Below, piece by piece: positions 1 through 7,808 of a stretch of 16,795 nt of DNA; the stretch's first letter is position 1, and each line of letters opens with the position of its first letter. This DNA is from a virus: positions 1-16,795 of the IMG/VR virus record IMGVR_UViG_3300045996_000259; one strand, written 5' to 3'. The notes under the pieces were generated by a model. The model saw only the letters and a list, made by a program, of their open reading frames with translations, was not told where the DNA came from and did not search any database. Both the position numbers and the translations under genes were made by a program.

Positions 1-127
1 CGCGCCGTTGGTCGAGGTCGAGTCCAGGCCCAGCCCGAACCGGGCGATCGAGAGCCGACCAGCGGTACCAGCCCCGTCGACTGCCTGTCGCAGCATGATC
101 AGCAGGGGGCTAGACGTCCATGCGCCA
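1..127. repeat. Terminal direct repeat, copy 1 (identical to 16669-16795); marks circular closure or terminal redundancy
   Basis: Base-by-base comparison shows 1-127 equals 16669-16795. The flanking bases differ (128 onward ggcgatgcc; before 16669 ggcgcagt). Confidence 0.95.
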
Positions 128-942
128 GGCGATGCCGAGTGGTCGAACACCGAGCCATCCGGAAACGTCAGGTACACGTGGTCACCGAGCCCGGTCGGAC
201 CGGGGTCAACGGTGATCTTCCATGTAGTGGCGCCACAATCGATGGTCATCTCGATAGTGGTGTCTTGTCCGGCGAAGTTCAGCATCATGCCGACGTCCCA
301 CGAACCCACGTACTGGCCTCGCATGTCGACCTGGAAGAAGATCTCGTCCCCAGGAAGCATGGACACCACGTTGGGCAGCCACGGGGCCACCTGGCCTAGT
401 TGGGCCAGCTTCTCCGGGGATCTGCCGGTGGTGAGGATTCCTGGGTACGGGCCAACATCGGGCGAGAACTGACCGCCTGACGCGCGGTCCTCCAACGGCC
501 AGTAGTTCGTCAGCGTCGGCGCCCCGGTGTGCTGATTCATCCACTGCCGGAACGCACTGCGTGGACGGGGTTTGCTCAGTTCCAGCCTGCGCAAGATCCC
601 GGCAGCCTCGATCGGCACGCGCCGATCAGAGCCGTTCGCGTTGCTCCTGGGTTGCCACGCGGCAATCTCGCCGTAGAACCGGTAGTGCCAGGAGTACGGG
701 CCTGCCTTCGCCGAGATCCGCACTGGCGCGTTGCGCACAAGCAGCCCGTAGTAGGGGCCTGGTGCATAGCGCGGGTTGTACCGCTGGTCAGCATTGTTCA
801 GCGTGAACCTTGCCCGCTGGGGTGTCCACGTATTGGCCTGGTCAGACCGGCCACGGGTAATCACGCATGGCGGGTTTTGGCGTACATCCGCCGTGACGTC
901 CACCCACACGCCACCTAGCTGGATCTCGTATTTGTACTGCAT
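1..942 (-). CDS. Minor tail protein, Dit-like (distal tail) N-terminal part; continues across the junction into 16668..15508 for a 700-aa protein
   Basis: Absent from the ORF track because it runs off the window edge. Manual translation from ATG 942 (alternative GTG 951) gives MQYKYEIQLGGVWVDVTADVRQNPPCVITRGRSDQANTWTPQRARFTLNNADQRYNPRYAPGPYYG...SPGAWTSSPLLIMLRQ. There is no stop down to base 1, and it is in frame with the 15508..16764 ORF (942-96=846). The ITRGRSD...FTLNN motif is typical of siphovirus distal tail proteins. It lies directly after the tape measure stop (963). Confidence 0.65.
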   Translation of the reverse strand, partial: MQYKYEIQLGGVWVDVTADVRQNPPCVITRGRSDQANTWTPQRARFTLNNADQRYNPRYAPGPYYGLLVRNAPVRISAKAGPYSWHYRFYGEIAAWQPRSNANGSDRRVPIEAAGILRRLELSKPRPRSAFRQWMNQHTGAPTLTNYWPLEDRASGGQFSPDVGPYPGILTTGRSPEKLAQLGQVAPWLPNVVSMLPGDEIFFQVDMRGQYVGSWDVGMMLNFAGQDTTIEMTIDCGATTWKITVDPGPTGLGDHVYLTFPDGSVFDHSASPGAWTSSPLLIMLRQAVDGAGTAGRLSIARFGLGLDSTSTNGA

Positions 943-962
943 GGTCGCCACGACTTCACCCC

Positions 963-2477
963 CTATTCGAACGTGATATCGCCGTCGTTAATCATCTTCT
1001 GAAGCAACCTCGCCAGCGCCGAATCGGTGTCGCCTTTGAAATTCACGGTGCTGCCACCGTCATTACCGGCCTGGCCGCGGGGAACAACGCGCTCACCGGC
1101 CTGGAGAATGCGGATCTGCTCAGAGCCGAGCATTCCTGGAACGACACCACCCGTGTGGTTGCGCCCGAGAGAGCCACCACTACGAACAATCGTGCTGGCG
1201 CCCACGCCCTGCTTGAATTTGCCGAGCTGATTTGACAGGCCGAGCGCTTCCTTGAAGTCGCCGATCAGGTTGCCTACCCACCCGAGGGCACCCTTGATCG
1301 CGTTGACCAGCCAGCCGACCGCGCCTGAGAGCGCCCGGAATACGGCTTCACCGACTGACCACATTGTCTTGAAGATGCTGACAATGACGTTAATGACACC
1401 AACGATGATATCCTTGGCTGTCGTGAACGTACCCTTGATGACTTCCCACGCAACCTTGATCGCGTTTCGGAAACCTTCGTTAGTGTTCCACAGCAGGATG
1501 ATTCCGGCGACCAACCCGGCAATGAGCGAGATCACCAGAATGATGGGGTTCGCGTTGAGTGCTGCGTTAAGCGCCCAAATTCCGGCCGTGATAGCAGCGA
1601 ACGCGATGACAATGCCCTGATGCTTACTGGCCCAACCTAGGAAGTCGGTCAGAAGCCCCAGCAACTTATCGAGCAAAGGCAGTACCGCGGTTCCTAGATC
1701 CTCCTGGAAATTGCCCCAGGTGACTGCCATCTTGTCGCCGGCCGAGGCTGTGGCCTCAGCAGTTCCCCCGACCTGCCTTTCCAGCTCGCCAAGGATTATC
1801 TTCTGCGCGCCGAGCAGATCTCCCGCCTCTACCATGGCGGCAATCTGGTCCTTCTGAGCCTGCGTGAATGTCACGCCAGCCTTGCCCAGTGCAGCAATGC
1901 CCTTGATCGGGTCATTCAATGCCTTGCCGAGCATCTTGGCCGCGGCGTCAGCGTCGCCAAAACCCTTTGCTGAGAGATCCTGCGCGGCGATTAGCGCGCG
2001 GTCGAACACGTTGTTGTTCTCGCCAACAGCGTTCTTGATATTGGAGAACGTGAGCAACAGGTTCGCCGACGTCTGAATGAGTTCGTCGTCTACGCCGATC
2101 TTCTCGGAGATCTTCTGTGACAGCTCACCGATAGCCTCAGCAGAAGTCCAGCTCTCGGCGCCGATAGTCTTGATACCCTGCGCCGTTGAACGGGAGACTT
2201 CTTCGGCCTCGCGCGCTTCCTCAACCATGCCCCCGAGGAAGTCTGTCACGCGCCCAATGGCAGCCTGAGAGAAGCTGGCAATCATGTTCCCCGCGGCGAC
2301 CTTGAAGGCGCCCGACATGAATCCCGTCGCCTTGTCGGTCTTGGTGACCATGTCGGAGGACGAGCGACCGACTGCCGTCTCCATGTCCTTGGAAGCCCGG
2401 CCAACGTTCTCCATCGCCTTGGTGAGCTTCTTCTCATCACCAGCGAATTCCAACGTGACGGTGTTCTTGCCGGACAT
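963..2477 (-). CDS. Tape measure protein (504 aa)
   Basis: Lies after the chaperone pair. Alpha-helical, A/G/K-rich N-terminal half and a central hydrophobic block (IVIAFAAITAGIWALNAALNANPIILVISLIAGLVAGIILLW). The C-terminal HTGGVVPG...GERVVP motif is common in actinophage tape measures. Its ATG overlaps the upstream stop (TGATG at 2475-2479). Confidence 0.85.
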   Translation of the reverse strand: MSGKNTVTLEFAGDEKKLTKAMENVGRASKDMETAVGRSSSDMVTKTDKATGFMSGAFKVAAGNMIASFSQAAIGRVTDFLGGMVEEAREAEEVSRSTAQGIKTIGAESWTSAEAIGELSQKISEKIGVDDELIQTSANLLLTFSNIKNAVGENNNVFDRALIAAQDLSAKGFGDADAAAKMLGKALNDPIKGIAALGKAGVTFTQAQKDQIAAMVEAGDLLGAQKIILGELERQVGGTAEATASAGDKMAVTWGNFQEDLGTAVLPLLDKLLGLLTDFLGWASKHQGIVIAFAAITAGIWALNAALNANPIILVISLIAGLVAGIILLWNTNEGFRNAIKVAWEVIKGTFTTAKDIIVGVINVIVSIFKTMWSVGEAVFRALSGAVGWLVNAIKGALGWVGNLIGDFKEALGLSNQLGKFKQGVGASTIVRSGGSLGRNHTGGVVPGMLGSEQIRILQAGERVVPRGQAGNDGGSTVNFKGDTDSALARLLQKMINDGDITFE

Positions 2478-2905
2478 CAGTCCACCGCCAATCCCGAGTC
2501 TTCGATTACCTTGGTCAGACCCTCTTCCAGGGACTCGGCAACCGCGTCGCGGTTCCGGTTGAATGCCGGATACAGGATGCGGCCCGACTTGACGAACTCC
2601 CTCTGTGTCGCACCGTTCCGGCCGACGTTGCCGCCGTAGTCGATAAAGCCCGCGTAGGGCACCTTGGCGCCACCCTCCCTAACCCTCGCAGAGGTGCGCG
2701 TAGAAGATGCCTTAATCGACGCTGAGAGCGCCCCGGAGAGCTTAGGCGCATTCGCCTGAGCGTCCTTCACTACGGACTGCGCAGCTTCGTTGCCGACCAG
2801 GCGAAGCGCCTTCGGCGCATTCCTGTCCAGCTGGCGGAGTGACCGGTTGAATTCGGCCAATCCCGTGATCTTGATTGGGTCTGTCGCAATTGCCACTCCG
2901 GTCAC
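2477..2905 (-). CDS. HK97 gp10-like head-tail joining / neck protein
   Basis: The layout IKITGLAEF...APKLSGALSASIK...VPYAGFIDYGG...LYPAF matches the HK97 gp10 family pattern (P-x-x-[ST]G-x-L-x-x-S-I, then YA-x-x-[IV]-[ED]-[YF]-G). GTG start in a GTGA overlap with the upstream stop (2902-2905). Confidence 0.6.
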   Translation of the reverse strand: MTGVAIATDPIKITGLAEFNRSLRQLDRNAPKALRLVGNEAAQSVVKDAQANAPKLSGALSASIKASSTRTSARVREGGAKVPYAGFIDYGGNVGRNGATQREFVKSGRILYPAFNRNRDAVAESLEEGLTKVIEDSGLAVD

Positions 2906-3376
2906 CCCCTCTTGTTTGCCAGCTCTGTTGCCTGCGCCTTGCGGGCGTAGAACATCGACCAGTGCACGAACTCGTCGTTATCCATCTGGCGCAACTGCGC
3001 CACTGTCATCTTCAGTTCGCTAGCTAGGAAGTACTCGAATTCCAGCTCGCTGTCATCCGCCAGCGCTTTTGTATGCCGCCTTCGCGGCACGCTCCTTCAG
3101 GCCGCTGATCTCCATCACCTTGTCGGTGACGTCCTCGATCTCCATCTTGTCGTCGTTCTTCTGCCACTGGCCAACTTCGGCCTCGGTCAGTTCCGGGTCG
3201 ACCATCGCGTACGCAAGAAGCTTGCGTTCGAACTTTCTCGGATCCTTCTCATTGAGTCCGCGCAGGATCAAGATTTCGTCGCGGGTGAGAGGGCGGACCT
3301 TGACTACATCCCCCTGAACCGGAACTTCCGCAACCTTCGGGCCTTGGCGCTTATCGATCAGCTTTGACTTGTCCAT
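2902..3376 (-). CDS. Tail assembly chaperone frameshift product (gpGT-like); extension ORF 2902..3090 lies in the +1 frame relative to 3053..3376
   Basis: The extension frame is open from the TGA at 3097-3099. It overlaps the end of the G-like ORF and has no credible start context of its own. The only homopolymer in the permitted shift window (3056-3096) is AAAA at 3067-3070 (G frame TAC AAA AGC). The predicted fusion is about 157 aa. Confidence 0.5.
3053..3376 (-). CDS. Tail assembly chaperone (gpG-like, 107 aa)
   Basis: Lies between the major tail protein and the tape measure. Acidic, with VKVRPLTRDEILILRG...MVDPELTEAEV...ISGL, a pattern typical of gpG-like chaperones. Confidence 0.7.
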   Translation of the reverse strand: MDKSKLIDKRQGPKVAEVPVQGDVVKVRPLTRDEILILRGLNEKDPRKFERKLLAYAMVDPELTEAEVGQWQKNDDKMEIEDVTDKVMEISGLKERAAKAAYKSAGG

Positions 3377-3378
3377 GG

Positions 3379-3786
3379 TTAAGCCGCCTGGGGGTCGTTG
3401 TCGACAGCGCCATCAATGGTCAGCTCGCACGTCCACGTCACGTAGTCGCCGGCCGGAGAACTTTCGTTGTAGGCGCCCACAACCACCGTGCAGGACTTCT
3501 GCGGCTTGCCAGAACCGGTGCCCTCGATCTGGTAGATGAAGGGCGCCTTTGTGGCGAGAAGCGGTTCGAGCGCAGTGCCCGGACCGGTAACCGCGGTGGT
3601 GTCGTAGTAGCCACCAATGGTGATGGTGCCGCCCTTCAGGCCAGGGTCATGGGCCTTGTCATCAACGCCGTAACCGGTCGTCTCGTGCACGTCCGCGGAA
3701 CGGTTGAATGTGGTGCTGTTGGTGTAGCTGCTGATGTCCACGGAGTTCAGCTTGACTACCGTGTCCTTACCGTGCTGTCGCGCCAT
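3379..3786 (-). CDS. Major tail protein (135 aa)
   Basis: MARQHGKDTVVKLNSVDISSYTNSTTFNRSADVHETTGYG...GLKGGTITIGGYYD matches the small siphovirus major-tail pattern. ATG 3786 is preceded by GAAGGAG. The ORF-track start at 3843 is an Arg-rich run-in overlapping the upstream gene. Confidence 0.75.
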   Translation of the reverse strand: MARQHGKDTVVKLNSVDISSYTNSTTFNRSADVHETTGYGVDDKAHDPGLKGGTITIGGYYDTTAVTGPGTALEPLLATKAPFIYQIEGTGSGKPQKSCTVVVGAYNESSPAGDYVTWTCELTIDGAVDNDPQAA

Positions 3787-3791
3787 TGTCC

Positions 3792-4196
3792 CTATGCTCC
3801 TTCGCCGGAAACGTCTACCTCGAACATTGCTCCGAGGTACCAAAAGCCACCGAATTTGACCTTGCCGAATCCGGCCGATTTCACTCTCAGAGTGTCGTAG
3901 GCAACATTCGGTGTTGCCTCTAGTGCCTGCTTAATGCTGTCGTCACCTGAGCCGTTGGCGTACTTCGCCAGCTGTGTGGTTGCGTTCTTGGCATCAACCT
4001 TGGCTACCGCAACGGTGACAAAGAGCGTCATCGAGTCTGAACCGCGGCCGTACGACTCGTCGAAGACAATCCCGTCCGGCAGCTCGACACATGCGGCTGG
4101 CGGGCTAATGCTGTCGGCCGTGTGCGGGAACACCTTCAGTCCGGAGATTTCCTCCAGCTTGGTGCCCATCTCGGCCATGACGGATTCCAGATTCAT
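3792..4196 (-). CDS. Neck / tail terminator-like protein (134 aa)
   Basis: Lies immediately upstream of the major tail gene. The pattern LEEISGLKVFPHTADSISPPAACVEL...FVTVAV...YLGAMFEVDV resembles tail-terminator/DUF3168-like proteins. ATGA overlap with the upstream gene (4193-4196). Confidence 0.45.
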   Translation of the reverse strand: MNLESVMAEMGTKLEEISGLKVFPHTADSISPPAACVELPDGIVFDESYGRGSDSMTLFVTVAVAKVDAKNATTQLAKYANGSGDDSIKQALEATPNVAYDTLRVKSAGFGKVKFGGFWYLGAMFEVDVSGEGA

Positions 4197-4825
4197 CCCA
4201 GCGCCCACTCTCTGCGCCGGTACTCCCTGAGCATTACCGCGGCATCCGGGTCAATCTTCGCCAGCAAGCGCAACCCGCCTGACTCGCCCGACTCGGGAGT
4301 TCCGGCTATGCCGAAGGCGGCAACCTTGCGGGTGAACACCCGCGCACCCTGCAAGAGGGTGGCTGTCTTGACCGACACCGGAACGTCCGTCCAGCCCCAC
4401 AGGGCGGTCACGGCAACCTCGCCCTCCGCGCCGCACAGTTGGCCGTTGACGCTCTCCGGGAGCACCAGGTGGGTCCAAGGCTGCCCCTCCTGCGCTGCGT
4501 TGAGAGGGAGCTTCTGGGAGTCCGTGACGGCATCGGCGAACGAGCCACTACCGTCCAAGTCCAGGTTCACGGCCAGGCCCGTGACGGTCTGGAAATCGTC
4601 GGTGGTGAGCACCCACCGGCCACGGCGACGTGACCAGCGGGGCGTGTAGAACCTTTGCTCTGGCGCAGCAACCTTGCCGAACTGGCGGAGCCCGCCCGCG
4701 TGACAGTGACGGTCGACTGCCCGGGAGGCAGCCGCCACGGCGAACGGAAGTCTCGTGTCCGTCTCGTCGGCCTCGATCCAGTCAGCAAGCTCAGCTACCG
4801 TTACGTACGAGGGCTTCCATGCCAT
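4193..4825 (-). CDS. Head-tail adaptor / connector (gp6-like N-terminus, 210 aa)
   Basis: PSYVTVAELADWIEADETDTRLPFAVAAASRAVDRHC is the classic gp6-like connector opening. Further on is ALWGWTDVPVSVKTATLLQGARVF. A GAAGGGAGG ribosome-binding site precedes the ATG. It is the first gene after the capsid ORF. Confidence 0.65.
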   Translation of the reverse strand: MAWKPSYVTVAELADWIEADETDTRLPFAVAAASRAVDRHCHAGGLRQFGKVAAPEQRFYTPRWSRRRGRWVLTTDDFQTVTGLAVNLDLDGSGSFADAVTDSQKLPLNAAQEGQPWTHLVLPESVNGQLCGAEGEVAVTALWGWTDVPVSVKTATLLQGARVFTRKVAAFGIAGTPESGESGGLRLLAKIDPDAAVMLREYRRREWALG

Positions 4826-4866
4826 GACGGCTACCTCCCTTCAGGACTCGCGGGTGACTCAACCGC

Positions 4867-6120
4867 TTAGGCGGTCGTGTCGTAGATGACCTGGCGCACG
4901 CCGCCGATGTCGGTGTTGGCGAACGCCTTGTAGCCGAAGATCGCGATGTCGACCATGGCGACCGGGGCGTAGCCCCCGGACGCGTCCGTGCCGGCGAACT
5001 CCAGGCGTTCCGGGGCGGAAGCCCAGCCGTGCACGGTCTTCGGGTCGAACAGCCAACTGTTGTTGGGGCTGCCCGCGGTCGAGGCCAGAGCGTGCGAAGG
5101 AACACCGGTCACGCCACCCAGGTCCAGCGTCACGAACCGGGAAGCCGCCCGACCGTTCGCGTCGGTCGGGTTGATCTGCGCGTACAGCTTGCGGCCGTTG
5201 CCGTCTACCGCGGCCACGAACTTCTTGTACAGCTCCTTCTCCAGGGCGAACGCCTCGAAGTCGTAGCCGCGCGCGAACTGGAGTTCCGCCAGGGCCGCAT
5301 CCCACGCGGCAGCCAGCACGTCATCCGCAGAGCCGGCAGCCAGCGTGATGTCTGTCGCAGCGGTCAGGGTGTTGAGGAACGTGCCGGAAGCCGTCTCCAA
5401 GCCCTCGCGCCACCCGCGAACCATCTGGTTGTAGACCAGGTTGGACACGGCCGGGTTACCGCCCATGGCCCACACCTCGCGCGGGATGGACGCCTTGCCG
5501 GACAGCGCGGTCGGGGTGACCGTCTGCGAGGTGGTGACGAAGTTGCCGGAGGTCGGCTCAGTGCCTTCGGTGTGGTCCTGCACCAGGCCGGAGCTGGAGC
5601 TGTACTTGGGGAAGGTGAAGGGCTGGACACCGTTGGGCGGGGCGCCCTTGTTGACGAAGTCCCACAGCGGGGTTCGGTAGTCGACCTGGTCGACGTACAT
5701 GTCCGGACGCTGGATTGCCGGGTTCAGCTCATTGACGTCGCCGGACTCCACGGTGAAGCGAGCCTTGATCAAGCCCATGACCCGCTTGCCTGCGTCCGTG
5801 TCCTGGCCGTACTGGTCGCCCGCGCGGAGCATGTCGCGGATGTCCGCGGAGAACTCGTGATCGCTCTGGACGAACCGGTTGCCACGGTCGAAGCGGTAGG
5901 GCAGAGGCTCGCTGGTGACGGACGCGTTCAGGCGAGTGGGGTTGACCACCTGGCGCTGCGGCTGCTCTGCGGGCTGCTCGTCCTCCGACGCGGCAGGCTT
6001 GCCCTGCGCGGCGAACTTCATCAGTTCGGCGAACTGGTCAGCGCTCAGCGTCACCGCAGGCGCCTCGGGGGTGGTGGCCGTGCCCGCCTCGGGGGTCTGG
6101 CCGTTGACGGACTCGGTCAT
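4867..6120 (-). CDS. Possible nested, internally initiated scaffold/delta + major capsid protein (417 aa), in frame with the 972-aa ORF
   Basis: The in-frame ATG at 6120 (MTESVNGQ...) is preceded by AAGGA with a 6-nt spacer (ccgAAGGAacgaacATG). 417 aa is a normal size for an HK97-type capsid protein with an N-terminal delta region. Confidence 0.5.
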   Translation of the reverse strand: MTESVNGQTPEAGTATTPEAPAVTLSADQFAELMKFAAQGKPAASEDEQPAEQPQRQVVNPTRLNASVTSEPLPYRFDRGNRFVQSDHEFSADIRDMLRAGDQYGQDTDAGKRVMGLIKARFTVESGDVNELNPAIQRPDMYVDQVDYRTPLWDFVNKGAPPNGVQPFTFPKYSSSSGLVQDHTEGTEPTSGNFVTTSQTVTPTALSGKASIPREVWAMGGNPAVSNLVYNQMVRGWREGLETASGTFLNTLTAATDITLAAGSADDVLAAAWDAALAELQFARGYDFEAFALEKELYKKFVAAVDGNGRKLYAQINPTDANGRAASRFVTLDLGGVTGVPSHALASTAGSPNNSWLFDPKTVHGWASAPERLEFAGTDASGGYAPVAMVDIAIFGYKAFANTDIGGVRQVIYDTTA

Positions 6121-7785
6121 GTTCGTTCCTTCGGTCAGGCTCGCAGCCACACGCGTGACACGAGCGTCATCAAAGGCAGGCATCGGGGTTAGCGATGTCT
6201 CCTTCAGGTCGCCTCTCCGAACGAGACGGCCAAGCTTGTTTCGAGGGTCGGGAATGGTGTCCGCATCGAAATCGAAATCGACACCAACGGAGAGGCCATC
6301 CAGAACTCTGTCTTCAGCGAGTTCCAGTGCGCGGTCACCCTCGGGGCCACGAGCAACCTTGAATCGAGCCTTCAGGCCGCGGGCCGTTTCGGTGATGCTC
6401 TCGGCGACACCAAGCGGCTGCTTGAAATCGTGGTCGCGGAGCAGCTTCACGCGGCTCACATCCGACCACCTGACGGAGCCCTGCTCGAACCGGAAACCCT
6501 TCGCGGACTTGCCGTAGGGCAGGATCAAACCCTCAATGATCCGCTTGCCCTTGTCGACACTGAATTCCTCAGTGCCGGCATCCACGAAGGTCAGCTTCGG
6601 CGCCTGGTCGAATGTCTCGGTAACCGTCTCGTCAGATGCCTCTACGGCCGCAGGCGCCGGACCGGAACGGGCGGGAAGCCCTTCGGCCTCGCGGATGTCG
6701 GTGTCGTCCATTACACCCATCTCTTTCATCGCCTTGTAGTAGGCGACGCGCTCAGTCGGATTCGACTTCATGTAGTCGTCCAGGTCGAGCACCACGCGGT
6801 GTCCAGGACGCGTCACGTCACCCATGGAAAGGCGGTCGGTAATCGCCCGCATGTAAGGCGACTTCACGTCATTGATCTTGTCAATGCGTCGGTCTACCGC
6901 ATTCGCGTAGGTGCGGCTGGTGGTGCTCACGCCCAACTCTTCAGGGTCAAGGCCCATCGCATTCGCCACGTCTAGGGCCGCCTGCTGTTGCAGCTCCACC
7001 AGCTGGAGATCGGCCGGCGTCGGCTGCTCCACCGTGTTGTACTTGACCGACGCTGGGATGAAGGCGGTAGAGCGCGCCTTGCGGGCGCTACGCCACTTGT
7101 CCAGGAACTCCGCAGTCTCTTCCGGGGTTAGCTCTTCGGCGTTGTCGGCCGGGGTGAAGTAGTCGAGCGGTCTCGGGTCGTCCGCGTACAGCCTGGCCAT
7201 CTGGTCTAGGAGAATGGCGCGCTTGATGGCGCGGCCACCAACCTTCAGAACGGCAGGGTTGGGGCTGTCGAACCGGATGATTTCAGATGCCGAAACCTTT
7301 TTCCCGTCCACCCAGACAACGGCGCCGCGGGGGTCCTCACCGGCCGGCAGCGGTGACGGGGAATGGCCACCAGGCGGATGCAGAGAGACGATGTCAGGGT
7401 CAAGCCGCTGGCACTTCGTGGGGAATCCGTCACGGTCAGCTTCGAGGATCTTCCACCACGCGACGGACTCAAATACCAAGTCCTCCACGGTCTGAGCCAG
7501 GGTGACCACGTTGGGCACATCCGGGTCAATCTGCTTGAACAGCGGATTCGCGACCTGGTTGTTCGACTCGTCCAGCTGCTTAATGGGCAGGGACGAGATG
7601 GAGCACAGGAGATTCCGGCCACGCTGAACCGTCGGCACGCTGAGTGCCTCATCACGTCCGACACGTGGGTTAGCTTCGACGCCCCGCATAGCCGCAAACA
7701 TGAGGTCGAGCGGCATTGGGGCAGACTCGGAGAACGTCTGTGTCGGGGCGCTGGTCGTGCGCGTAAGCCAGTTCCACAACCCCAT
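4867..7785 (-). CDS. Portal - prohead protease - scaffold/delta-like - HK97-fold major capsid protein, one uninterrupted 972-codon ORF
   Basis: - Portal segment, aa 1-375 (about 6661-7785): EALSVPTVQRGRNLLCSISSLPIKQ, TPEETAEFLDKW, DLQLVELQQQAALDVANAMGLDPEELG, SRTYANAVDRRID, DIREAEGLPA.
- Protease segment, aa about 396-555 (6121-6600): IIEGLILPYG, LLRDHDFKQPLG (His), GLSVGVDF (Ser), ETSLTPMPAF.
- Capsid segment, aa 556-972 (4867-6120): DHTEGTEPTSGNF...LSGKASIPREVW...GWREGLE.
There is no in-frame stop anywhere. Confidence 0.85.
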   Translation of the reverse strand: MGLWNWLTRTTSAPTQTFSESAPMPLDLMFAAMRGVEANPRVGRDEALSVPTVQRGRNLLCSISSLPIKQLDESNNQVANPLFKQIDPDVPNVVTLAQTVEDLVFESVAWWKILEADRDGFPTKCQRLDPDIVSLHPPGGHSPSPLPAGEDPRGAVVWVDGKKVSASEIIRFDSPNPAVLKVGGRAIKRAILLDQMARLYADDPRPLDYFTPADNAEELTPEETAEFLDKWRSARKARSTAFIPASVKYNTVEQPTPADLQLVELQQQAALDVANAMGLDPEELGVSTTSRTYANAVDRRIDKINDVKSPYMRAITDRLSMGDVTRPGHRVVLDLDDYMKSNPTERVAYYKAMKEMGVMDDTDIREAEGLPARSGPAPAAVEASDETVTETFDQAPKLTFVDAGTEEFSVDKGKRIIEGLILPYGKSAKGFRFEQGSVRWSDVSRVKLLRDHDFKQPLGVAESITETARGLKARFKVARGPEGDRALELAEDRVLDGLSVGVDFDFDADTIPDPRNKLGRLVRRGDLKETSLTPMPAFDDARVTRVAASLTEGTNMTESVNGQTPEAGTATTPEAPAVTLSADQFAELMKFAAQGKPAASEDEQPAEQPQRQVVNPTRLNASVTSEPLPYRFDRGNRFVQSDHEFSADIRDMLRAGDQYGQDTDAGKRVMGLIKARFTVESGDVNELNPAIQRPDMYVDQVDYRTPLWDFVNKGAPPNGVQPFTFPKYSSSSGLVQDHTEGTEPTSGNFVTTSQTVTPTALSGKASIPREVWAMGGNPAVSNLVYNQMVRGWREGLETASGTFLNTLTAATDITLAAGSADDVLAAAWDAALAELQFARGYDFEAFALEKELYKKFVAAVDGNGRKLYAQINPTDANGRAASRFVTLDLGGVTGVPSHALASTAGSPNNSWLFDPKTVHGWASAPERLEFAGTDASGGYAPVAMVDIAIFGYKAFANTDIGGVRQVIYDTTA

Positions 7786-7808
7786 GTAGATATTGTTTCA
7801 GACGCGTT

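Noticed and set aside
1-127. Reading the 127-bp end repeats as LTR-like, att or transposon ends
   Set aside because: The repeat lies inside a tail gene that reads continuously through the junction, and 127 bp equals a common assembler maximum k. Circular closure explains it without invoking a biological repeat. A true short terminal redundancy cannot be fully excluded without reads.
8-918. Plus-strand ORFs 8..472 (154 aa) and 529..918 (129 aa) from the ORF track
   Set aside because: They are antisense to the manually recovered Dit-like minus-strand frame, which has a recognisable tail-protein motif and joins in frame to 15508..16764. Their products are Pro/Ser/Arg-rich, as expected for antisense frames in GC-rich coding DNA.
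5029-6192. 387-aa plus-strand ORF, and the other long ORFs overlapping the capsid and terminase genes (5915..6517, 6430..6975, 7363..7812, 8176..8868, 8424..9179 and minus-strand alternative frames such as 4859..5305)
   Set aside because: They are Arg/Gly/Ala/Pro-rich, have no motifs, and lie opposite or out of frame to ORFs with strong portal, protease, capsid and terminase signatures. This is the typical open-frame artefact of high-GC DNA.
6601-6720. Possible programmed frameshift at the portal/protease linker that would terminate translation and give a portal-only product (an out-of-frame TAG lies in ccg-tag near 6640)
   Set aside because: No slippery heptamer or homopolymer run is present upstream. 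Out-of-frame stops are expected by chance.
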